IMG/VR virus record: IMGVR_UViG_3300037067_016568
Location: 1-64,000 of that record
DNA from: a virus
Taxonomy: Duplodnaviria; Caudoviricetes
DNA length: 64,000 bases
Direction: 5' to 3' (one strand)
In this document: one piece after another, positions 12,533 through 23,600 of the stretch
How positions within the stretch are numbered: position 1 is the first letter of the stretch
Layout: each line of letters starts with the position of its first letter
The notes under the pieces: model-generated
The model's input: the letters and a program-made list of their open reading frames with translations, nothing else
The model's database searches: none
What the model was told of the DNA's origin: nothing
Program-made: the position numbers and the translations under genes

Positions 12533-12768
12533 TGAACAAGTTTCGCATCTGGTGGACACATCCATCATACGATGAAATGTTCTACGTCCCTGTCTCAGGG
12601 CCATCCGAGGCAAAGAGAATACTCGGCGTACTCGCTGACTATGACAATCATCTAGTCAGCAACGGTCTTATTGGTGATATTAGCAATATAAGCGGGTTAG
12701 AAGAATTTGATGAAGATTCCTGGGTCGAATGGGAGTCTAATGAAAGCTGTGATATATGGGGGCACTGA
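12532..12768 (+). CDS. P22 gp17-like (superinfection-exclusion-related family) protein
   Basis: FRIWW...F.VPV....EA..IL..LADYD......N.SGLE.F....W.EW pattern resembles the gp17 family (from memory). Confidence 0.55.
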   Translation: MNKFRIWWTHPSYDEMFYVPVSGPSEAKRILGVLADYDNHLVSNGLIGDISNISGLEEFDEDSWVEWESNESCDIWGH

Positions 12769-12781
12769 TTTGAGGATTTTG

Positions 12782-12808
12782 CCTGTAATTACCTAGTTTG
12801 TAAAATAC
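12782..12808 (-). repeat. dispersed 27-bp motif ending in CRISPR handle
   Basis: plus CCTGTAATTACCTAGTTTGTAAAATAC. Confidence 0.85.
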
Positions 12809-12848
12809 ATAGATATATTAAATGACAAAATGAAACCCAATAAGTAAT

Positions 12849-13466
12849 ATGGACAAGCCACAACCAAAACGAGTTCGGCTATCGGGTCAAAGCCGTGGCA
12901 AATCGTGCAATGTCACTGTCGATGAACTTCTGCAAGAAGAGATCGACATAATGGAAGCATGGACTCTTGGTACTTGTTGGCTTCGCGTATCTGATGATGG
13001 TAGGTTAGAGCAGAAGGCACGATTTGCTGAATTGCCATCGCCAATTCAAGATCCCAAAATCCCACCTGCGTGGGTTCATAAAACCGATTGGACTAAAGAA
13101 GCTCCTTTCCTATATAACACCGATCCACCTCTTCCGGAAGACGACCCCGATGTAAAACATTGCGATCCCAGTATCACCATTCGCAGTTTATGTGGTTACA
13201 GCAATACGCCATATGAATACGAGGCACGAAAGTTACAGTCATATGGCTTCGAATGTCTTCGATCTCGCCGGGGGACCGATGGCCGATTTTGGGAGCTATG
13301 GTACCTCCCAGGTCAATGGTTTGCAAAAGGAGAGTTGAAAGAAGCTATCGACAAAGTAGAAGGATCGCCAGAAAAAGTAAAAGAAATGGTCAGATTCTTG
13401 TGCAGATATGTCTCTTTCGGCGCACTTGATGTCTGTTATCAGCGAGCCTGCATGGTTATCGATTAA
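12849..13466 (+). CDS. hypothetical protein
   Basis: 205-aa ORF. Confidence 0.55.
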   Translation: MDKPQPKRVRLSGQSRGKSCNVTVDELLQEEIDIMEAWTLGTCWLRVSDDGRLEQKARFAELPSPIQDPKIPPAWVHKTDWTKEAPFLYNTDPPLPEDDPDVKHCDPSITIRSLCGYSNTPYEYEARKLQSYGFECLRSRRGTDGRFWELWYLPGQWFAKGELKEAIDKVEGSPEKVKEMVRFLCRYVSFGALDVCYQRACMVID

Positions 13467-13614
13467 TGGAAAAATTCGCCCCAAGTATTCGAATGTCTGA
13501 TGGCAGAACTGTGCAACCGACGGGATTTGAATGGCTACTCGCATTCGCTATCGCCGGTTGCAAATGGGCCGAAGATGCATTGCCTGATTTTCACGATAGA
13601 TTTTGGCACTTCTA

Positions 13615-14073
13615 TCATTGTAGTTTCCAGGAATGCTTTTCTTCGTTCCATCGGTAGAGTACTTGCTCAGATCCGTCTAAATTAAACCTGATAATACAAG
13701 GATTAACACCACATGGAACAGATTCTAATATTTCATGAAGAGATGGCGTAGGACCGTCATACATCCCAAATGAGCCGGGCTTCTCTTCATAACTGGCTGC
13801 ATATATAACTTCGTTGCGCTTCTCTACAGTAGGTGGGCCATAGATAGAAGGCGTATAGCTCTCTGGTAATTCATTCGGTTCGTCTGTAATCACATCCATG
13901 GGAACTATATAAACCACAGGTTTAAATATTCGGTCAGCAACCGCTTCTCTAAATCTCTCGATCCGCTTTTCAGCGATCTTATAAGTTGCAAATACGACGG
14001 TATTATAGATTCTGCGTGTTCGCTCTAAAGCGAATGTGTCTTTACCTTCAGCTTGTAGCTGGAAGACCCTCAC
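13615..14073 (-). CDS. hypothetical protein
   Basis: 152-aa ORF. Confidence 0.45.
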   Translation of the reverse strand: MRVFQLQAEGKDTFALERTRRIYNTVVFATYKIAEKRIERFREAVADRIFKPVVYIVPMDVITDEPNELPESYTPSIYGPPTVEKRNEVIYAASYEEKPGSFGMYDGPTPSLHEILESVPCGVNPCIIRFNLDGSEQVLYRWNEEKHSWKLQ

Positions 14074-14292
14074 CAGACACCAATACTCTCTCGCCTGTCG
14101 TCAATTTCCTATACGCCGTCTCAAATACTTCTTTGGGCGACCATGATCTGTAGCCATCAGGATAAACGACTAAATAGCCTGGACGTGTTTCACGATTATC
14201 CACATTCTCATTCTCTCCGACTGAAGGAACGTGCATTCGTCCATTGGTTCAGCACTTACAATCTTGCAACCAACATATTGGTCCATGGTCAT
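14048..14292 (-). pseudogene. frameshifted conserved phage protein (Y.G.K.V.AEPM...GYLVVYPDGY.SWSPK family)
   Basis: N-part MDQYVGCKIVSAEPM from 14292/14286 is in a different frame from C-part RPGYLVVYPDGYRSWSPKEVFETAY. Confidence 0.6.
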
Positions 14293-14303
14293 TCGAGTTA
14301 GAC

Positions 14304-14330
14304 GTATTTTATAAACTAGGTAACTACAGG
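14304..14330 (+). repeat. dispersed 27-bp motif ending in CRISPR handle
   Basis: GTATTTTATAAACTAGGTAACTACAGG. Confidence 0.85.
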
Positions 14331-14483
14331 TACTCCTGTTTCTTTAGTCGTTTTTCAGCCCTACGAATCATTGCCTTAGCAGCATTGATTCTCTTAGTGA
14401 AAGCGTTATAAACAGCAGTATGCTGTCGCTGCCTTCCTCTTGTATCCACTAGCCGCTCTATAAGCTTCCTGTTTGCCTCTATT

Positions 14484-15314
14484 TCAGCGCGGGTTTCTTC
14501 GTTGGTCTTGTCCATTTTGCACACAAGAAGTTAGAAAATCTGCAATTAGGCGTTTTTGGTGTGGATGGAATCGCCATCTCACCCCGATATTTTTATACGC
14601 CCATTCAACTAAGCCTGTCCCCAATTCTTCCGACATCGCAGCCCAATCGGCACACATCTCGGCCAAACTCAAATCATCCATTGCAGTCGCATTGACGATT
14701 TTAACATCAGACCCCTTTCTACCAGCATTCATTTTTATATTCGGTGCATGTGACTCAGGATGATGCTTGTTAGTCGTGATATGATGAAAAGTGGCACGAT
14801 CGATAGCATCGCGAATGTCTTCCGGAGTAGAAAACCCATGGACCTTGCAAGTGGGCATCGTTTTACATAGCTCAGCGAAATCGTTGTTGGGGTTGCTCTT
14901 CTGCCATGTCAAATAAACATATGGTATAAATTCGGGGGCTCGATATTTGCTGGCATCGTGATTATATGCGTTAGTTACCAATTCAGCACAGACTATCCCA
15001 AAACGATAATAGATGATTTGTGCATACTTATTCACTAATGCCACATGGCGATTAGTTCTTTGATAGAACAAATCGACCATCTTCGACCACTGATCCTTTG
15101 GTTTTTGCTCTTGCTGCTCTTGATGCTCCTCAGCCTTCAATTCATCTAATTTAATATCAATACGACTTTTTAAATCTCGCAGGTCTCGCGTACTATAATC
15201 AGAGGTAGATGGAACATCAATCATATGCTGGTCCTCTTCTTCCCATAATTGATTGACAGATATATCAGCAACCTTAGCAGTTCGAGTAGCAACGCAATCA
15301 ATTGGTTTCCGCAT
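14484..15314 (-). CDS. HD-like phosphohydrolase (DUF5662-like)
   Basis: RH...V, HDASK, HH...NKHHPE, EMCADWAAMS motifs. Confidence 0.65.
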   Translation of the reverse strand: MRKPIDCVATRTAKVADISVNQLWEEEDQHMIDVPSTSDYSTRDLRDLKSRIDIKLDELKAEEHQEQQEQKPKDQWSKMVDLFYQRTNRHVALVNKYAQIIYYRFGIVCAELVTNAYNHDASKYRAPEFIPYVYLTWQKSNPNNDFAELCKTMPTCKVHGFSTPEDIRDAIDRATFHHITTNKHHPESHAPNIKMNAGRKGSDVKIVNATAMDDLSLAEMCADWAAMSEELGTGLVEWAYKNIGVRWRFHPHQKRLIADFLTSCVQNGQDQRRNPR

Positions 15315-15630
15315 TTTATGGCCTCATTAAAAGGAAACGACAATGAAGGATTAAGTACCTTCCGGATGCAGCCACCGTAGTGTTACGAACTCTGAGACCT
15401 GCAACCATCTCTCAGTTCAACATAGCGTTCCCCGCCTGGGTAAGGATTGTCGTAGTCCTTAAAGCTCAGATTTTGTGGCCCTCGGCAATCCTGCTCTTTC
15501 CTTCGGTGTTTCCCCATCATAACAATCAGCACATAACACAGGATGTCCATGAGGATCTTCAAAGTAAACGCCGCAATGAGAGCAACAAAAACCTGATATT
15601 ATATCATTTGCGACTGTTTGTTCAGCAGAT

Positions 15631-16020
15631 TCACCCATTTTCTTCCTCTGGTAGTTCTTCATCTATCTCGTCAGGCTCGACAGTATGAGCGGCCTCGACT
15701 ATCTTGATGTAACTCATACTGTCGAGCTCTTCCACATTCAAGGGCAAATCAGCCGTTTCAGGAAGAACTTCCTGAATTTTTTGCCAAAAGCAATATCTCG
15801 GCAACCTTGGATTGACCTGTTTGGTGAATGGTATAACTGTCTCAAACACTGTGTAGAATGATGGTATATAAATTGTGGAAGCCATCATCTCATCGTAAAG
15901 TTTAAGTACGTCTATTAAGTGCTCCTGAGGAATATACCATTCTCGTGGTTTTTCTCTGGCTGCAATTTTTTCTCTGGCTGTAATTCTGACTTTTCCTTCC
16001 TGATATATAAGTGGACACAT
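15631..16020 (-). CDS. hypothetical protein
   Basis: 129-aa ORF. Confidence 0.45.
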   Translation of the reverse strand: MCPLIYQEGKVRITAREKIAAREKPREWYIPQEHLIDVLKLYDEMMASTIYIPSFYTVFETVIPFTKQVNPRLPRYCFWQKIQEVLPETADLPLNVEELDSMSYIKIVEAAHTVEPDEIDEELPEEENG

Positions 16021-16077
16021 ATGCCAACCAGGATTAAAGTGGAAATGACAATTAGAAGAACAATAATATCTTGCATT

Positions 16078-16767
16078 TTAATATCCGCTTAGATCTGCTT
16101 TTCCTAGGGCTGGTCCTGTAATTTGTTTCTTTACCTTCGGCGTGTGCTGTCTAACGATTGGATTGGCAATGAGGCTACCAACGAATGCGGTTCCCAAACA
16201 TCGACCAGTGAGAGAAACAATTCTCACTCTCTCTGGATTAGTACCAGTAAGAGCAGCCATTAGTGACTCTTGCGTTAACGTATGAAGATGGTATTCATCA
16301 ACCGGCGTATTGAGCCACTCGAAGATTCGGATTCTTCTGCCAATCTTTTTAGCGTTTTGCAAGACTAGCGTTGGATCTTCTACATGCTGTAGGCAGTTGT
16401 AGATCCATACTTCATCAGCCATCGGCAGATCACCGATTTCTTCACCGCCCTTATTGATGAATTCGATGTTATATGTTTCATAGCGACGAAAAACGGACGG
16501 CGGCCATGGAATTGGATCGACAGCTGTTAATTTGCCTGCATTGTAGCAGCGAAGCAACAATGACCATGGGCCAGATCCGATGTCAATGACTGAAGCGCCG
16601 TCAAGATCGATGTCGCCATACTCGTCCCCATATTCATCGAATATGCCCATCTCTTGGGCATAAGTCGTCTGCTTAACGATCTCACCCAGAGCGTTCATAT
16701 CATAGCAGTTGCCCCAAAATTCAGCTTCTGCTGCTCGACGACGTTGAATATCTGCTTCGTTTGCCAT
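16078..16767 (-). CDS. class I SAM-dependent methyltransferase
   Basis: VIDIGSGP motif I; YNCLQHVEDP. Confidence 0.75.
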   Translation of the reverse strand: MANEADIQRRRAAEAEFWGNCYDMNALGEIVKQTTYAQEMGIFDEYGDEYGDIDLDGASVIDIGSGPWSLLLRCYNAGKLTAVDPIPWPPSVFRRYETYNIEFINKGGEEIGDLPMADEVWIYNCLQHVEDPTLVLQNAKKIGRRIRIFEWLNTPVDEYHLHTLTQESLMAALTGTNPERVRIVSLTGRCLGTAFVGSLIANPIVRQHTPKVKKQITGPALGKADLSGY

Positions 16768-17021
16768 TTTGTAATCCTGTCGTTTATGCCCCTACCTATG
16801 GACCTTCCTAATTTTCGAGCCAATACTGAATGGAGATCGCTCAGCTTTCTCTATCAGATTATCAAAAGCTTGATCTCGTGATTTTTCTGTGGCGTACCAA
16901 TCACAATTCCCATGCCAACATCCAAACCATCTGCTAAAATACTCTATCCCGAAGGGTTTTTTCTTGGGAGCTTTCTTTTGATGGCGTGGAGCGTCGTCAA
17001 TTTCTAAATCAGCATTTCTGC

Positions 17022-17525
17022 TCATTGTGCCTCCAAGAATGCAGTAGTTCCAATCACACGTGCAACTTCATAGTTGTGTGATTTGCAAAAATCCTTTACT
17101 GCTCGAATAACGGCTCTGGCTGCTGTACGTCGAAGTGTTGCTTTCGCAAAATCGTGAACTGCAATTGTACTGCCCGGTTTCATAACCAACAAGCTGACTT
17201 CTAAATCGCGATAGCACGAACAATACGAATGATCGCCGTCCACAATTATTATATCAAAGGTGGGGGCGACCCGCAATAACAACAAGTCATCGACCGTGCC
17301 AGTTAATAATCGCATATTTGGCAGTCGATTCTCGTACCATTTTAACCCAGCCCGCTTCCAGTGTAAAGGGTCTATACTGAAGAAGATAGAATCGGGACGG
17401 GCAGCAGCCCATTGTGCAACAGTAACCCCGTGAAATGTGCCAATTTCTAATACTATACTGTGGGCGGGTATTATCTCTAAGATGGCTTCGATTTCCTCTG
17501 GAAGCATTAATGATTTGTTTTCCAC
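17022..17525 (-). CDS. class I SAM-dependent methyltransferase (Methyltransf_24-like)
   Basis: VLEIGTFHG, FDIIIVDGDHSY, IAVHDF. Confidence 0.8.
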   Translation of the reverse strand: MENKSLMLPEEIEAILEIIPAHSIVLEIGTFHGVTVAQWAAARPDSIFFSIDPLHWKRAGLKWYENRLPNMRLLTGTVDDLLLLRVAPTFDIIIVDGDHSYCSCYRDLEVSLLVMKPGSTIAVHDFAKATLRRTAARAVIRAVKDFCKSHNYEVARVIGTTAFLEAQ

Positions 17526-17809
17526 TGAAATTCCCGTTATTGGTAACGTGTTCCGACGACTGGTCTAGTGTCGTTTGGTACTTTTACAGTTTTACAACAA
17601 TATTGCTTTGGAGATTTTTTACTTCTGCTCGCTTGCATTTTCGCAAAATGTCGTTGTTTAATTTCTTCTGCTTCGACCTTAATTTGTTCTTCGCTTGGTA
17701 TGTATGGGTATTTCATATTGTATCTTTCGGCTGCAAAACCTTTTATATACGTCGGAATAATATATTGTGTGGAGCCGACCTGTAGTGTATAATAGTACTG
17801 GAGAGGCTG

Positions 17810-18568
17810 GTGGTTGAATACCAATTAATAAATACTAGCTGCTTAGACTTGTTTGATACATTTCCTGATCGCCGTTGGGATACAATTTTTGCAGATCCTC
17901 CTGATGGCATCAATCTGAAATATGCAACATATAACGATAAGATTCCTGAAGAAGAATACGTTCGTCTGCTTCAGGAATGGCTGATTCTTTTTGTTTCGCG
18001 GGCTAATACAGTCTGGTTTTCATACAACGCAAAATGGAGCTTTCGCATTGGCACCATAATCGATCATATAACCGAAGCTAACAGTGAGATAGAAGTAAAA
18101 CCGTGTGTGCAAGTATTCACATTCGGTCGGCACAACCAAAAAGATTTAGCTAACGATTTCAGGCCACTGGTCCGTTTGCGATGGAAAAACGCACCGCTGT
18201 ATCCAGATGATATCAGAATTCCATCATGGCGACTAGCGAATGGAGACAAACGTGCTGATCCTCGTGGCAGAGTACCGGGAGACGTGTTTCATTTTCCACG
18301 AGTAACAGGAAATTCAAAACAACGGAGGAGATGGTGCCCTACTCAATTACATGAAGGGTTAATTGAGCGATGCCTCAGGATGACTACGCCAGCAAATGGG
18401 ACAGTTCTCGATCCTTTCGCTGGTACAGGGACGGTATTGCGAGTTTGCAAACAACTTGGATACTCATGCACCTCAACAGAAATTGAAACGTTATATTGCG
18501 ATGAAATAGCGAAGGAGCACGAGTTGAGAGTGAGTTATTTGAATACTACCGATATGCATAGAGCTTGA
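17810..18568 (+). CDS. DNA N4-C/N6-A methyltransferase (beta class)
   Basis: FADPPD catalytic motif IV variant; VLDPFAGTGT motif I at C-terminus. Confidence 0.85.
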   Translation: MVEYQLINTSCLDLFDTFPDRRWDTIFADPPDGINLKYATYNDKIPEEEYVRLLQEWLILFVSRANTVWFSYNAKWSFRIGTIIDHITEANSEIEVKPCVQVFTFGRHNQKDLANDFRPLVRLRWKNAPLYPDDIRIPSWRLANGDKRADPRGRVPGDVFHFPRVTGNSKQRRRWCPTQLHEGLIERCLRMTTPANGTVLDPFAGTGTVLRVCKQLGYSCTSTEIETLYCDEIAKEHELRVSYLNTTDMHRA

Positions 18569-18606
18569 AGAGTACCGTTTGTTCCATGTAACTACAGGAC
18601 TACAAG
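18566..18606 (+). repeat. solo degenerate CRISPR repeat plus 8-nt tail
   Basis: TGAAGAGTACCGTTTGTTCCATGTAACTACAGG vs repeat TGGAGAATAGCGTTCGTTCCCAGGTAACTACAGG (5 mismatches, 1 gap), followed by ACTACAAG. Confidence 0.7.
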
Positions 18607-18609
18607 AAA

Positions 18610-18987
18610 ATGGACCCGTGCCCATATTGTGGTGCGAAAGTCGCTTTGAAAGATTCATCCATAGTCTATGGTAAATCATATGGTAAGATGTGGATATGTT
18701 CCAATTGGCCGAAATGCGATGCCTACGTAGGTTGCCAACGAGGTTCTGATAAACCATTAGGACGATTGGCCAATCCAGAACTCAGATATTGGAAGAAGCA
18801 AGCACACTCCAAATTTGACAAGCTCTGGCATAGTGGCGAAATGAGTCGTGCAGAAGCATATTTGTGGTTGTCTCGTTCGTTAGACACACCGCAAGACGAA
18901 TGCCATATAGGTATGTTCGATATAGACAGATGCAAAGCTGTTTGTGAGGCTGTTCAGAAATATTATCAATCGCGGGGCAATGCATGA
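18610..18987 (+). CDS. DUF3268 family zinc-finger protein
   Basis: CPYCG...W.C.....CDAYVGC....PLGRLA...AH..FD.LW...AY.WL...CHIGMFD. Confidence 0.85.
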   Translation: MDPCPYCGAKVALKDSSIVYGKSYGKMWICSNWPKCDAYVGCQRGSDKPLGRLANPELRYWKKQAHSKFDKLWHSGEMSRAEAYLWLSRSLDTPQDECHIGMFDIDRCKAVCEAVQKYYQSRGNA

Positions 18988-19793
18988 AGTTAGCATGGGC
19001 AAGTGACATACATCTGAATTTCGCTGACGATTCACAACAGAGATGGTTTTTACACAATGCAAAAGAACGCGCCGATGCTTTAGTCATTAGTGGAGATATT
19101 GGTGAGAGCGAAACGTTACATCGAACGCTCAAACGAATCAGCAACATCTTCGAAAAGCCCGTTTATTTTGTGTTGGGGAACCATGATTTCTATAGAGGAT
19201 CTATAGAGCGAACGAAGCGTACGGCGTCTAGATGTGCATATACCACACAAAACATGTTCTACCTGAGTAACAATCCAACCATTGAACTATCACCGACAAC
19301 TGCGATGGTTGGGCACGATGGATGGGCAGATGGTAGATTTGGAAACTTCGATGATTCAGATGTCATTTTAAACGACTTCATATTGATCGAAGAGTTAAGC
19401 TTCTATCAAAATGGTGAGTTAGATAAAGAAGCGATGCGTCCAGTGCTTGAAAAACTTGGTGACGAAGCAGCACGATATATCTCATTAGCTCTCTTCTCAG
19501 CAGCCCACAAATACAAAAAAGTATATGTTGTAACACATGTACCGCCTTTTTGTGAAGCTACATGGCACAACGGGCAGCAATCTGATGACAATTTTCTTCC
19601 ATATTTCTCATGCAAGGCGATGGGCGATGCTATTCTGAAAGTCGCAAATGAATATCCTAAATGCCAAATAGTCGTACTATGTGGCCACACACATAGTTCC
19701 GGTGAAGTAACTATAACTCCAAACTTACAAGTCCTAACGGCACCAGGAAAATATGGGCACCCTGAAATATATCGCACATTCAATGTTCAATAG
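18984..19793 (+). CDS. calcineurin-like metallophosphoesterase
   Basis: SDIH, GDI, GNHD, THVPP, GHTH motifs. Confidence 0.9.
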   Translation: MKLAWASDIHLNFADDSQQRWFLHNAKERADALVISGDIGESETLHRTLKRISNIFEKPVYFVLGNHDFYRGSIERTKRTASRCAYTTQNMFYLSNNPTIELSPTTAMVGHDGWADGRFGNFDDSDVILNDFILIEELSFYQNGELDKEAMRPVLEKLGDEAARYISLALFSAAHKYKKVYVVTHVPPFCEATWHNGQQSDDNFLPYFSCKAMGDAILKVANEYPKCQIVVLCGHTHSSGEVTITPNLQVLTAPGKYGHPEIYRTFNVQ

Positions 19794-19961
19794 TTATGTC
19801 ATTGTTCTCTTCGCAGTCGGCATCTTAGTTTATATGTTCATGGATGCATGGGTTATCATTGCTCTTCTTTTTGTTTGGGCTCATAGCTCATATATGATAT
19901 TTAGAAATCACAGAGTCTATCGCTTTAGAAGAAAGATCAGCGAAGGCCGGCACATGCTGGT

Positions 19962-20642
19962 TTGGTATCTGAACTCAATAAGCGCCTAGCCCAGTATAAT
20001 CGAACCCATTGGTTGACTGTTGAACAGGAACTTGATACAGCAAGATCTGAATTGTCTCGACGCAAGGAAGCAATGACAAGAGAGCAAGTCATCGCTTCTC
20101 TCACAGAGGAAGAAATCGGGCAGTTTCGCCAACGCATCATTGATGATATGACGGCTGACGATTTATGCTCACAATTTCCTGAACACGTCATCCTAGATTG
20201 CCTTTCACAAGAAGCAATAATCGCTCATGCATTTGTCAGAACAATTTCATCAATGAATCGGCATTCAACATTGATGGAAGAAAACCTGACTATGTTGGCT
20301 CGGTTGTTAGCTGAGCTACCACAAGAGAAAATGCGGCGTCAGGTGCAAGAGGCAAAATCTGCACCGGCCCGATTACCACAGGTTGCATTCGTCGGCTTCA
20401 AAACCGAACAAATAGCTATTGTAGCCGACGCTCTGAAAGGACGCATCAGAATCGACGTTGTTGACAAGAATCGCAACAGATTCGATTCACAGGCCGAAAT
20501 CATCATCATATGGACGAAGTTCATATCTCATTCTTTTGAGAAGTCAGTCGTCCAGAATATGAAGCCAGGAGCGCGATTAATACGATTCTCTGGTGGCCTA
20601 GAAAACGCAGCCAAAGAAATCAGCCGAGCACTCAAATCTTAA
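19962..20642 (+). CDS. hypothetical protein
   Basis: 226-aa ORF; C-terminal alpha/beta segment [10 protein letters not shown]. Confidence 0.55.
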   Translation: MVSELNKRLAQYNRTHWLTVEQELDTARSELSRRKEAMTREQVIASLTEEEIGQFRQRIIDDMTADDLCSQFPEHVILDCLSQEAIIAHAFVRTISSMNRHSTLMEENLTMLARLLAELPQEKMRRQVQEAKSAPARLPQVAFVGFKTEQIAIVADALKGRIRIDVVDKNRNRFDSQAEIIIIWTKFISHSFEKSVVQNMKPGARLIRFSGGLENAAKEISRALKS

Positions 20643-23600
20643 TCTTCTGCTGTTAGGATGCCGTCAGTAAATGTTAATTGCCTGGTTGGTGAGCCGCCAC
20701 TAGTATCTGAAACGTAGTATACTTTTGTTCCAGCTAATCCAGATGGTACAGGACCTGTAGCCCCAGTTGCACCAGGGGCACCACTTATTCCTGTGGCTCC
20801 GCTAGATCCGTCTATTCCAGTTGCTCCAGTTGCTCCTGTCTCACCCTGTGGGCCGGATGCACCACCAGGATCACCCTGTAAGCCGGTGGCACCGCTCGCT
20901 CCATCTATACCTGTAGCGCCTGTGGCACCGGTTAATCCTGTTTCACCTTGAGGACCTGTTGAGCCAGTGGCACCAGTTTCTCCTTGTGGACCAGAAGCAC
21001 CGCCGGGGTCGCCCTGCAGACCTGTAGCACCTGAAGCGCCATCTACGCCAGTCGCACCGACTTCTCCCTGTGGACCTGTTGAGCCAGTTGCTCCTGTCTC
21101 ACCTTGAGGACCGGAGGCTCCTCCAGGATCGCCCTGTGGACCTGTAGCACCTGAAGCACCTATATCACCAGTGAGACCTGTTTCTCCCTGAGGGCCGGTA
21201 GCTCCTGAAGCTCCGCTAGCTCCATCAATACCAGTTGCACCTATTTCCCCCTGTGGTCCAGAAGCTCCTCCAGGGTCGCCTTGAGGACCAGTCGCTCCGG
21301 AAGCTCCGCTAGCTCCATCAATACCTGTAGCACCTGAAGCTCCGCTAGCTCCATCAACACCTGTAGCACCTGAAGCTCCGCTAGCCCCATATGGGCCCAT
21401 CAAGCCTGTGGCACCTGTTAAACCGATTTCACCCTGTGGACCAGTAGAGCCGGTCGCTCCGATTTCACCTTGAGGACCAGAAGCACCGCCAGGATCGCCC
21501 TGCAGACCTGTAGCACCTGAAGCGCCATCTACGCCAGTAGAGCCGGTCGCTCCGATTTCGCCTTGAGCTCCACTAGCACCATCTATACCGCTCGCTCCCT
21601 GAGCTCCGTCGACACCACTTGCACCGGCATCGCCCGTTAAACCGATTTCACCCTGCGGACCAGTTGCACCAGTTGCTCCCGGCTCTCCTTGCGGGCCAGA
21701 AGCTCCTCCAGGATCACCCTGTGGGCCTGTAGCACCTGAAGCACCCGCATCACCCTGCGGACCAGTAGAACCGGTTGCTCCTGTTGCTCCTGTCTCACCT
21801 TGAGGGCCAGAAGCTCCTCCAGGATCACCCTGTGGGCCGGTTGCTCCTGTTGCTCCTGTCTCACCTTGAGGACCAGAAGCTCCACCTGGATCGCCTTGAA
21901 GACCGGTGGCACCATCTGCACCAGTAGCACCAGAAGCACCTATTTCACCCTGAGAGCCTGTCGCTCCTATTTCTCCTTGTGCTCCTGAGGCACCTGCTTC
22001 TCCAGCTACACCACTAGCTCCCTGAACACCAGTGGCTCCTGAAGCTCCGCTGGCACCATCTATACCAGTTGCGCCTGCTTCTCCTTGAGGGCCAGAAGCA
22101 CCACCAGTAGGGCCTTGTGGACCCGTAGATCCGGTCGCGCCAGTTTCGCCAGTATCACCAGTGTGTCCGGTGGCACCGGAAGCACCTGGGAAACCAGTAT
22201 AACCTTGATTTCCCTGGGGACCGGTAGCACCTGATGCACCGCTAGCACCATCGACACCGGTAGCTCCTGTTAATCCAATGTCGCCCTGAACACCGGTAGC
22301 TCCTGAAGCTCCAGAAGCACCAGTTAGTCCAGCACCAGTTGCCCCAGTAAGACCGGTAAGTCCTGTTGCACCCGATGCACCAGAATATCCTGTATAACCT
22401 TGTGGACCCGTGGCACCAGTATCACCTATACCAGATGCTCCTTGAACGCCTGTAGCACCTGAGGCTCCACTTGCTCCATCAATACCGGTAGCACCAGTAA
22501 GACCTATTTCGCCTTGTGGACCGGTAGCACCTGAGGCTCCACTGGCTCCATCTATACCAGTTGCACCTGTATCGCCTACGCCACTAGCACCCTGGACACC
22601 TGTTGCTCCTGAAGCTCCGCTGGCACCATCTATACCAGTTGCGCCAGTAGGACCAACAAGGCCAGTTGAGCCAGTTGCACCAATCGGGCCTGTTGAACCA
22701 GTTGCACCTGTTGCACCAGTAGGTCCACCATATGGACCTTGAGGACCAGTAGCCCCAACAGGGCCTGTTGAGCCAGTCGCACCAGTTGCACCAGTACCCT
22801 GCGGACCTGTAGATCCGGTGGCTCCTGCATCTCCAGCAACTCCAGTTGATCCAGTTGCTCCAGTACCGGAGGCACCAGCAACACCGGAGGCACCAGCAAC
22901 ACCGGAGGCACCAGCAATTCCAGCAACACCGGTTGAACCAGTAGCACCAGTTGGACCGCCAGAAGGACCAGTAGCACCGATCGGGCCAGTGATGCTGACA
23001 CCAGTTGCACCTGTTGCTCCGGCAAATCCGGTTGCGCCAGTAGAACCCTTAATACCAGATGCTCCTACTGGGCCGGAAGCCCCACCAGTTCGACCTTGTA
23101 TACCTGTGGCACCTGTTAAACCAGTTGCCCCAGCTACGCCGGTCGCTCCGTCACGACCAATACCAGTCGCACCAGTAGCACCAACAAGACCTGTTGAACC
23201 GCCTACGCCAGTTGAACCTGTCGAACCAGCAGGGCCAGAGGCACCACCAGTGGGGCCGGTCGCTCCGGGTTGACCAGCAGGACCAGAAGCACCGTCGGGA
23301 CCGACACCAGAAGCACCAATAGGACCTTCAGGACCAGTCGAACCAGTTGCCCCAGTTGGACCGCCGCCAGGGCCAGTAGCACCAGCGGCCCCTTCAGCGC
23401 CAGTAGAACCAGTTGCCCCAAGACCACTAGCACCCTGCGGGCCGGTCGAGCCAGTTGCTCCTATCGGACCTCCAGCAGGACCAGTCGCTCCGGTGAGTCC
23501 AATACCTGTAGCACCTGTCGCGCCAGTCGGGCCACCAGAAGGGCCAGTAGCGCCAGGAATGCCAGTAGCACCTGTCGCTCCGATGCCAGTAGCACCTGTT

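Noticed and set aside
17889-17903. 15-nt match TTGCAGATCCTCCTG to the array 4 spacer/repeat junction
   Set aside because: Only 11 nt come from the spacer, and the flank matches the repeat rather than a PAM; plausible by chance
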